A stretch of DNA of 64,000 bases, from positions 192,001-256,000 of the forward strand of contig JBKBYA010000002.1 in the NCBI GenBank assembly GCA_046313635.1, in the 5' to 3' direction. This document shows positions 1 through 7,557 of this stretch, in pieces; the stretch's first letter is position 1, and each line of letters begins with the position of its first letter. The notes beneath the pieces were generated by a model. It did no database searches, was not told the DNA's origin, and was given only the letters and a program-made list of their open reading frames with translations. The translations under genes and the position numbers were made by a program. This stretch comes from Pyrinomonadaceae bacterium. GTDB lineage: Bacteria > Acidobacteriota > Blastocatellia > Pyrinomonadales > Pyrinomonadaceae.

Positions 1-64
1 CATCTCAATTTTGGGGTCGACGCGATCACCGTCACCGTTTATCCGTTTATCGCTCTTGAATCGT

Positions 65-2254
65 ATGCGTTATATTCCGAGACCTCTTATCGCTCTGCTG
101 CTGATCGCCGTTCTTTTTGGTTCGCTGCCCGCGGTCGCGGCCCTCGACGACAATGTCAACGTTTTTTCCGATCCCGACAGATTCAGTCAGTGGACCGTCG
201 TCGGGCCGAATGGAGGCGACGTTCGGGTGGTGGCCGTCGACCCGCGCGACAAGAACAAGCTGTATCTCACGACCCTCGACGGCCAGATCCACACGTCGGA
301 CGACGCCGGCAAGACATGGCGTCTGCTTGCGAGCCTTAACGAGCCTTCGCTTGTTCTCGACCAGTTCTTTGTCGACAGCCGTGATTCGAAGGTGATCTAC
401 GCATCGGGGCATCGAGGCTTGCTGGCCGGCGGTTTCTTTAAGTCGACCGACGGCGGCGTCACCTGGAAAAAGTCCAAAGAGCTTGCTGGCGAGGCGATAC
501 ATGCGATGACCCAGTCGACCGTCGATCCAAACGTCCTATTCGTCGGGACGATGCGCGGCGTATTCATCTCTAAGGATTCGGGCGACGATTGGGAAAAGAT
601 CGACAGTCCGACGATGCCGATGAATATCAACTCCATGGCCGTCGACCCGCGAAACAACAATACGATCTACGCCGGTACCAATTGGCGGCCGTACAAGTCG
701 ACCGACGGGGGCAGGTCGTGGCGTCTGGTCAAGGACGGCATGATCGACGACTCTGATGTCTTCGCGATCAATATCGATCCGCGAAACGCCGAGCACATCA
801 TCGCCTCGGCTTGCAGCGGCATTTACGAGTCGTTCAACGGCGGCGAACGCTGGGCAAAGATCCAGGGCATCCCGGCACAGTCGCGCCGCACCCGCGACAT
901 CGTGCAGCACCCTAGCAAGGCCGGCACGGTCTACGCTGCGACCACCGAGGGTTTTTGGATGTCGACCAACTCAGGCAAGTCGTGGATCCTGACGACGCAC
1001 CGCAACCTTGAGATCAACTCGATCGCCGTCCATCCGGATGAGCCGAACCGCGTCTTTATCGGGACCAACAACTTCGGCGTGATGGTGTCGAATGACGGCG
1101 GCAAGACTTTTTCGCAGACAAACCAGAGCTTCACGAGCCGCTTTACATACTCGGTGACGCCCGACCTCACACAGCCGAATCGTCTCTATGCACTGACGCA
1201 GAATACGGCATCGAGCGGCGGCTTCTTCTTTTACAGTTCGGACGGCGGCACGTCGTGGCAGCAGACCAGGTCGCTCGATATCAATCGCGTCTCGCCGATG
1301 GCCTTCCTGCAGGACCGCGTCAATCCTGACCGGCTGTACCTCGGCACGAATGTCGGCATCTACCGTTCTCTGGATCGGGGCGTGACGTGGACGCTCCTGG
1401 CGCCGCCAAAGCCGCCCGCCAAGAAAGCGCCGGCAAAAAAGGCCGCCGCCTCGTCGGCCAAGAACAAGGGCCCGGCGTCTGCCGTCGCGGCAAAGACCGC
1501 GAAGCCAAAGCCGGCCGCCGAACCTACGCCCGATCCTAACCACGTTCCGGCGCTGACCGACAAGGTTCGCGTGCTTGCCTTTACAGAGGACGGCCGCAAC
1601 GGGCTGATCGCCGGCACCGACAAAGGGCTCTACCGTACCTACGATATCGATAAGGGATGGGACCGCATCCCGTTTGGCGAGGGCATCGACTCGAGCGTCT
1701 TCGCCGTTCAATCCTCTCCGCTCGTTCCGGCGACGATCTGGGTGGGCACCGCGACGTCAGGTGTGATCGTTACGACCGACGACGGCAAGACCTGGTCAAA
1801 GGTGGGCGGCATTCCGTCAAACATCCCGATCAGCTCGATCGCCGTCGACCCGAAGCGGCCCAATTACATTTACGTCGGCAGCATCCAGTCGTTCTATCTC
1901 AGCCGCGACGGCGGACGAACGTGGCTTCGCCGCGGCGGCAATCTGCCGCTGGGCAATTACACGAGCATCCTTATCAATCCGACGAATACCGACGAGATGC
2001 TCGTATCGAGTTCGCTCGAGTCGGACGGCGGGATCTACTTTTCTGAGGACGCCGGAATGAAGTGGAAGCGTGTCGACACAAAAAAGATGACCGTGCCCAG
2101 CCGGCGCGTCTGGTCGATGGCTTTCGACCCGTCGGATCCGAGCCGCATCTATGCCGGCTCTCATTCGTCAGGCGTTTACCGCATCGATCTGAGATCGACC
2201 GAGGCCAAAAAGCGTGACAGTGCCGCGGACGTCGGCCGCAACGACGGCAACTGA
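65..2254 (+). CDS. Secreted BNR/Asp-box repeat beta-propeller protein (VPS10/YCF48/GH74-like)
   Basis: Many S-x-D-x-G-x-(T/S)-W Asp-boxes (SDDAGKTW, STDGGVTW, SKDSGDDW, STDGGRSW). A signal peptide follows ATG65 (MRYIPRPLIALLLIAVLFGSLPAVAA), so the ORF-track TTG11 start is probably too early. Confidence 0.8.
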   Translation: MRYIPRPLIALLLIAVLFGSLPAVAALDDNVNVFSDPDRFSQWTVVGPNGGDVRVVAVDPRDKNKLYLTTLDGQIHTSDDAGKTWRLLASLNEPSLVLDQFFVDSRDSKVIYASGHRGLLAGGFFKSTDGGVTWKKSKELAGEAIHAMTQSTVDPNVLFVGTMRGVFISKDSGDDWEKIDSPTMPMNINSMAVDPRNNNTIYAGTNWRPYKSTDGGRSWRLVKDGMIDDSDVFAINIDPRNAEHIIASACSGIYESFNGGERWAKIQGIPAQSRRTRDIVQHPSKAGTVYAATTEGFWMSTNSGKSWILTTHRNLEINSIAVHPDEPNRVFIGTNNFGVMVSNDGGKTFSQTNQSFTSRFTYSVTPDLTQPNRLYALTQNTASSGGFFFYSSDGGTSWQQTRSLDINRVSPMAFLQDRVNPDRLYLGTNVGIYRSLDRGVTWTLLAPPKPPAKKAPAKKAAASSAKNKGPASAVAAKTAKPKPAAEPTPDPNHVPALTDKVRVLAFTEDGRNGLIAGTDKGLYRTYDIDKGWDRIPFGEGIDSSVFAVQSSPLVPATIWVGTATSGVIVTTDDGKTWSKVGGIPSNIPISSIAVDPKRPNYIYVGSIQSFYLSRDGGRTWLRRGGNLPLGNYTSILINPTNTDEMLVSSSLESDGGIYFSEDAGMKWKRVDTKKMTVPSRRVWSMAFDPSDPSRIYAGSHSSGVYRIDLRSTEAKKRDSAADVGRNDGN

Positions 2255-2275
2255 ACGCCCGGCCGCACCTGCGAT

Positions 2276-2312
2276 AAAAAGGACGGACCGCTCTGGTCAC
2301 GTCCTTTTTTTT
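2276..2312 (+). terminator. Rho-independent terminator (possibly bidirectional)
   Basis: AAAAAGGACG-GACC-gctct-GGTC-a-CGTCC followed by T8, just after the stop at 2254. Confidence 0.8.
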
Positions 2313-2317
2313 CGCGT

Positions 2318-2346
2318 TTGGAAGTTGTAGGCCGCAAACCTATAAT
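2318..2346 (+). promoter_or_regulatory. sigma70-type promoter for bshC-mutL
   Basis: TTGGAA(2318-2323)-N17-TATAAT(2341-2346). Confidence 0.6.
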
Positions 2347-2369
2347 CTGTTAGTTCGGAGTTCAAAAGA

Positions 2370-4052
2370 GTGAAAGGCGAGATCCCCTGTCCAAGCACCC
2401 ACGGAACCGTGATCCTTCGTGCGGACGGCATCCCGTTCGGCTCGATACCGGGGCAGTCGAAGTTGTTTGTCGATTACCAGAATGACCCCGTTTCACTCCG
2501 CAAGTATTACCCGACCGCCGTCGCCTCGCACACCGAGATCGCGGAACGCATCCCGGAGGTTCTAGACCGCTATACGACCGACCGGGAAAAACTGTGCGAC
2601 GCTCTCGCCGATATGAATCGCCGGCTTGGCGCCGGTGAAAAGACCCTCGAGAATATCGAGATCCTTCGCCGCTCCGATGCGGTCGCCGTCGTCACCGGCC
2701 AGCAGGCCGGCCTTTTTACAGGTCCGCTCTACACGATCTACAAAGCGCTCTCGGCGATCAAAGCTGCCGAATGCCTGCGCGGTCGGGGCTTTAATGCGGT
2801 GCCGGTTTTTTGGGTGGCGACCGAGGATCACGATTTCGAAGAGATCTCAAAGACCTTTGTCATCGACCGAGCGGGAGAGCTCGCCGCGATCGCAATCGAG
2901 CCCGAGCGATGTCGTGAAAATCTTCCGATCGGCTATATCAAGCTCGGCGATCAGATCCGGGCCACCGTCGACGAGTTGTTTGACGATCTGCTGCCGACGG
3001 AATTCACGCCCGAGGTGCAAAAGCTGTTTGCCGATGCGTGGCGGCCGGGCGAATACCTGGGCGACGCCTTTGGCCGCGTCCTCGCGCATCTGACCGAAAA
3101 GTACGGGCTGATATCGCTGTGCCCGCTCAATCGCGAGCTCAAACGGCTCGCCTCGCCGATCTATGTCGAGGCGATCAAGCGATCGCGTGAGATCGTCGAC
3201 GCACTGTTGGCTCGCACCGAAGCGATCGTCGCCGACGGCTACGCCGCGCAGGTGCACATCGCCGACGATTACTTTCCGCTCTTCTGGCAGGGCGATGACC
3301 ACGCCCGAAACGCGCTTCGCCGCACCGAGGACGGCAAGGTGCGATCAAAGGACGGTCTTCACGAGTTCACGGTCGAGGAGCTCATCCAGAGCGCGGCGGA
3401 CGAGCCGTGGCGATTCAGCCCCGGGGTCGTGCTGCGGTCTGTCGTGCAGGATCATATCCTGCCGACCGTCTGTTATTTCGGCGGTGCGGCCGAGATCGCG
3501 TACTTTGCGCAGAGCGGCGAGGTCTACCGCGTACTCGGACGGCCCGTGACGCCGATCTTCCATCGACAGAGCTTTACGCTCGTCGAGTCAAAGCACGCCA
3601 AGATGCTCGAGCGATACGACCTTGACCTGCTCGACCTTTTTAAGGGAATGGACCACATCGTTCCATCGGTCGTCGAGGAACATCTGAACAGCGGTCTTGC
3701 GCGCACGTTTGCCGAGGTCGAGGAGCAGATCAACATCCAGCTCAACCGCCTCGACCGCGAGCTCGCCGAATTTGACCCGACGCTTGCCGACAATCTTGCA
3801 AGGCGGCGGCGAAAGATCATCTACCACATCGCCGCGCTGAGACATAAGTTTCACAATGCCCAGCTGCGAAAGGATTCGGTGATCCGGCACCAGCTCGAAG
3901 GGCTCTTTGCCTCGCTGCTCCCCGACCGCCACCTGCAGGAGCGGTCGCTGAACGTCTCGTACTTCGTTAACCGGTACGGCCCGCAATTCATCGACTGGAT
4001 ATACTCGGCGGTCGATCTCGACGACAAGGACCACCGACTCATCTACCTCTGA
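2370..4052 (+). CDS. bshC: Bacillithiol biosynthesis cysteine-adding enzyme BshC
   Basis: Motifs VVTGQQAGLFTGPLYTIYKA, PVFWVATEDHDFEEI, SPGVVLRSVVQDHILPT..GG.AEIAY.AQ and LQER; about 560 aa with a coiled coil. Confidence 0.92.
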   Translation: MKGEIPCPSTHGTVILRADGIPFGSIPGQSKLFVDYQNDPVSLRKYYPTAVASHTEIAERIPEVLDRYTTDREKLCDALADMNRRLGAGEKTLENIEILRRSDAVAVVTGQQAGLFTGPLYTIYKALSAIKAAECLRGRGFNAVPVFWVATEDHDFEEISKTFVIDRAGELAAIAIEPERCRENLPIGYIKLGDQIRATVDELFDDLLPTEFTPEVQKLFADAWRPGEYLGDAFGRVLAHLTEKYGLISLCPLNRELKRLASPIYVEAIKRSREIVDALLARTEAIVADGYAAQVHIADDYFPLFWQGDDHARNALRRTEDGKVRSKDGLHEFTVEELIQSAADEPWRFSPGVVLRSVVQDHILPTVCYFGGAAEIAYFAQSGEVYRVLGRPVTPIFHRQSFTLVESKHAKMLERYDLDLLDLFKGMDHIVPSVVEEHLNSGLARTFAEVEEQINIQLNRLDRELAEFDPTLADNLARRRRKIIYHIAALRHKFHNAQLRKDSVIRHQLEGLFASLLPDRHLQERSLNVSYFVNRYGPQFIDWIYSAVDLDDKDHRLIYL

Positions 4053-4083
4053 CCGCCGCGGCGCTGCCGTTGACGCTGTAACG

Positions 4084-6066
4084 ATGCCGACCTCTCATTT
4101 GAATAAGATCCGCGTACTGCCGGAGACGCTCGCCAATCAGATCGCGGCCGGCGAGGTCGTCGAGCGGCCGGCTTCGGTCGTAAAGGAACTCGTCGAGAAC
4201 GCCATCGACGCCGGAGCGACCCGGCTGCAGGTCGACGTCGAGCTCGGCGGCCGGAGGCTGATCCGCGTCTCTGACGACGGTCACGGGATGACGCGTGACG
4301 ACGCCGTGCTCGCTTTTGAGCGTCACGCGACGTCAAAGATCGCGACGCTCGACGACCTTGGCCGCATCGTAACGCTCGGCTTTCGCGGCGAAGCCCTCGC
4401 GTCGATCGCGTCGGTCGCGCGCGTCGAGCTCAAGACAAAGACCGAGTTTGACGAGGCCGCGACATCCGTCTCGATCGAGGGCGGCCGGCTGGTAGATATC
4501 CGCGACGCGGCACGCGATACGGGGACGACCGTATCGGTGCGGGATCTATTCTTCAATACGCCGGCGCGCCGCAAGTTCATGCGTTCGGAGGCGACCGAGA
4601 ATTTTCATCTCGCCAACATCGTCACGCACTACGCGCTCGCGCACCCCGAGATAGCCTTTGCTCTCACCAGCAACGGGCGGGAGGTGATCCGAGTCTCGCC
4701 GGCCCGCGACCTGCGCGAGCGGGCTTATCAGATCTTCGGCGGCCAGGTCATCGAGAGCCTGATCCCGGTGAGCGGCGGGCGCGAGCACGTTGCGACCTTG
4801 ACCGGATTTGTCTCGGCGCCGCGCGAGCGGCGTACGACGCGCGACTCGCAATACTTCTTTGTCAATCGACGCTTTGTCCGCGACAAGACGATCGCCGGCG
4901 GTCTGCTCGAGGGTTACCGGTCGATCCTGCCGCACGGCGTGTATCCGGTTGCCCTGCTGTTTGTCGACGTCCCGGTCGAGGAGATCGACGTCAACGTGCA
5001 TCCGGCAAAGATCGAGATCCGGTTTCGCCGGACCGATGCGGTCAGGGACGCGATCGCCGAGGCCGTGCGCGGAGCTCTCGCGGGAGCGGGCATCGTCGCC
5101 GAGCCCGCGCCGGTGCCGACGATCGAAGCCCCGGCTGCCGTCACGTCACCGGCACCTCAGCCCCCGATCGCGGCCATGCCGGCGCAGCCGCGGATCGATC
5201 TTTTCGGTCCGCCCGAGGCGTCGAACTACAGCCCGCCGCCGGTCGACGCGGCACCCGACATCTACGAGCCTCCGGCGGAGACGATCGCGGAGGACTCGTC
5301 GGCGTTCGAATTAGCGGCCTCGATGCGGGCCGCGCAGGCGGCTGCTTCGCACGAGACGGTTGTCGATCATGCGGCTCAGACGGCGAGCGGCGAAACGCGA
5401 ACGGCCGCCGCCTCCGGCCCGAGCGTGCTGCCGCCGGTCAATTCCGCGGCCGGCCTCGTTCGTGAGGTCGAGCCGAATGAACTCTCGCCGTCCGGCATCA
5501 GACCGATCGGGCAGCTTCACGAGAGTTTTATCATCGCGGTCGACGATCAGGGGCTGCTGCTGGTCGACCAGCATGTCGCGCACGAGCGTATCCTCTTTGA
5601 CCGCTTTCGCCACGCCGAGGGCTCTCGTCCCATCGAGTCGCAAAACCTGCTGCTCCCCGAGACCGTCGACCTCACGCCGGCGCAGCTTCTCGCCTTCGAC
5701 CTGATCGAGAACGACCTCGCCGACCTCGGCTTTGGCGTGATGCGCCTTTCGGGCAGAACGATCGCGATCAAGAGCATCCCGGCCGACCTCGCTGCCGGCG
5801 AAACGCGGACCTTGTTTGCCGAGATCCTGAATTCGGTAGAGCGTGACCGGCGCTCGAGCGCGCGGCAGACCATCCGTGACGACATCGCGGCGAGCCTCGC
5901 GTGCAAGGCGGCGGTCAAGATCAATATGAAGCTGACGCCCGAAAAGATGCAGTGGCTGATCGACCGGCTTCTGGTCTCGTCCTCGCCGACGACCTGCCCG
6001 CACGGCCGGCCGGTGATACTCCGCCTCACGATGCGTGACATCGAGCGCGGGTTTCACAGGACCTGA
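4084..6066 (+). CDS. mutL: DNA mismatch repair endonuclease MutL
   Basis: IAAGEVVERPASVVKELVENAIDAGA and GFRGEALASI (GHKL ATPase); C-terminal DQHVAHERILFD, ACKAA and CPHGRP endonuclease motifs. Confidence 0.97.
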   Translation: MPTSHLNKIRVLPETLANQIAAGEVVERPASVVKELVENAIDAGATRLQVDVELGGRRLIRVSDDGHGMTRDDAVLAFERHATSKIATLDDLGRIVTLGFRGEALASIASVARVELKTKTEFDEAATSVSIEGGRLVDIRDAARDTGTTVSVRDLFFNTPARRKFMRSEATENFHLANIVTHYALAHPEIAFALTSNGREVIRVSPARDLRERAYQIFGGQVIESLIPVSGGREHVATLTGFVSAPRERRTTRDSQYFFVNRRFVRDKTIAGGLLEGYRSILPHGVYPVALLFVDVPVEEIDVNVHPAKIEIRFRRTDAVRDAIAEAVRGALAGAGIVAEPAPVPTIEAPAAVTSPAPQPPIAAMPAQPRIDLFGPPEASNYSPPPVDAAPDIYEPPAETIAEDSSAFELAASMRAAQAAASHETVVDHAAQTASGETRTAAASGPSVLPPVNSAAGLVREVEPNELSPSGIRPIGQLHESFIIAVDDQGLLLVDQHVAHERILFDRFRHAEGSRPIESQNLLLPETVDLTPAQLLAFDLIENDLADLGFGVMRLSGRTIAIKSIPADLAAGETRTLFAEILNSVERDRRSSARQTIRDDIAASLACKAAVKINMKLTPEKMQWLIDRLLVSSSPTTCPHGRPVILRLTMRDIERGFHRT

Positions 6067-6077
6067 ACCGGGCGGGC

Positions 6078-6131
6078 TTGCAATAATCGAGAATTCGGTT
6101 TATTAATTTGTTCGTCTAGAGTCGCAACAAA
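6078..6131 (+). promoter_or_regulatory. Promoter plus putative ROK operator (autoregulation)
   Basis: TTGCAA(6078-6083)-N17-TATTAA(6101-6106), then TTCGTCT-N7-CAACAAA (6111-6131), the same motif as at 7426-7446. Confidence 0.6.
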
Positions 6132-6168
6132 GTCGCTCGTTCAGAGTCGGCTCGAACCTCGGCGAACG

Positions 6169-7368
6169 ATGAAAAGGATCAATCTCCACAAAGCCAAAGC
6201 CCAGATCGCGCGTCCCAACACCATCCGCGACATCAATCGCCAGATCGTCCTCAATTACGTTCGCGACCGTTCTCCGATCTCGCGTGCGGATATTGCGAGA
6301 GAGTCCAATCTTCACCGCTCGACGGTCTCGGTCATCATCGAAGACTTGATGGCCGCGGGCTTTATCGACGAGCTTGGCGAGGGAGCCTCGACCGGCGGGC
6401 GCCGGCCGACGCTATATCAGCTCAAGACGGGCGTCCCGGTCGCCGCGGGCATCGACATCACGCCGCGCACGACGACGATCGCCGTTGCAGACCTTGCCGG
6501 CAATCTGCTCGAGCAGGAGTCCTTTGCCACGTCGCCGGACCTCGGTTTTATGACCGAGCAGATAATCAATCGAGCGGTCAGGCTCGCCGAAAAGTACCGC
6601 GAGCATCAACTCGAGATCGGGCTCACCGTTCCCGGCCTGGTCGACCAAAAGCTCGGACGGATCTCGCACATTCCGTACTTCGACTGGCGCGATTGGGATA
6701 TATGCAAACAGCTCGAAGATGCGACCGGCCTCACGGTCGTCGCCGAGAACGACGCGAATGCGACCGCCCTCGCCGAGTTGTGGTCGGGCGACGAAAAGGT
6801 CCGTAAAACTGACACTTTTGTAACGGTGCTGGTCGGCGAGGGGATTGGCACGGGCATTATTTTCGACGGTCAGGTGTACCGCGGCGAAAAGGGTTCGGGC
6901 GGGGAATTCGGCCATATGATCGCCGGCAGCTCGGGCCCGGTCGCATGCTCGTGCGGCAGCCGCGAATGCTGGGAAGCGTACGCCTCCGAAAAGGCGCTGC
7001 TCGCGCGCTACACGACGCTGCTGCGGCAGGACGACCTCAAGCCGAACGGCTTCTCGATCAACTCCGTGCTCGAGCTCGCCTCAAACGGCGAAAGGCGGGC
7101 CGTCGAGGCACTGCGCGAGACGGTGCACTATCTCGGCAACGGGATCTCGAACCTCATTGTCGGTCTCAGTCCGCAGGTCGTCGTTATCAGCGGGAATATC
7201 ACAAAGGCATGGCCGGTCTTTGCCGACGAGTTGAATCGCGTCGTACATCGCAGCCGCCTCGCGGGGCTGCCCGAGCCGCTGCTCATGCCGTCGTCGCTCG
7301 GCGAATTGCCGACGCTGGTCGGGGCGGTCTGTCTCGTCCTTTCGAGACGTTTTGGGTCGCTGCTTTAA
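6169..7368 (+). CDS. ROK-family transcriptional repressor (XylR/NagC-like)
   Basis: N-terminal HTH (PISRADIARESNLHRSTVS), GGRRP linker, ENDANATALAE, GIGTGII, GEFGH and the CSCGSRECWE zinc motif. Confidence 0.93.
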   Translation: MKRINLHKAKAQIARPNTIRDINRQIVLNYVRDRSPISRADIARESNLHRSTVSVIIEDLMAAGFIDELGEGASTGGRRPTLYQLKTGVPVAAGIDITPRTTTIAVADLAGNLLEQESFATSPDLGFMTEQIINRAVRLAEKYREHQLEIGLTVPGLVDQKLGRISHIPYFDWRDWDICKQLEDATGLTVVAENDANATALAELWSGDEKVRKTDTFVTVLVGEGIGTGIIFDGQVYRGEKGSGGEFGHMIAGSSGPVACSCGSRECWEAYASEKALLARYTTLLRQDDLKPNGFSINSVLELASNGERRAVEALRETVHYLGNGISNLIVGLSPQVVVISGNITKAWPVFADELNRVVHRSRLAGLPEPLLMPSSLGELPTLVGAVCLVLSRRFGSLL

Positions 7369-7396
7369 GAGGCCGGCGGCCGCGGCACCAGATCTC

Positions 7397-7446
7397 TTGA
7401 CATAAATTCGGAGCTGTATTAAATCTTTGTCTGTATCTCCAACAAA
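7397..7446 (+). promoter_or_regulatory. sigma70 promoter with putative ROK operator just downstream of the -10
   Basis: Perfect TTGACA (7397-7402), AT-rich -10 region TATTAAAT (7417-7424), then TTTGTCT-N7-CAACAAA (7426-7446). Confidence 0.65.
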
Positions 7447-7557
7447 CTTTTTAGATCGTCTGCACAGTTTTGGAATCCCCTACGCGAGAGAGCACGATCC
7501 TCTCTGTGCGTAAAACAGGTTCGGGACACCGGAAACAGATTTCAGGAGAGTAAACGT

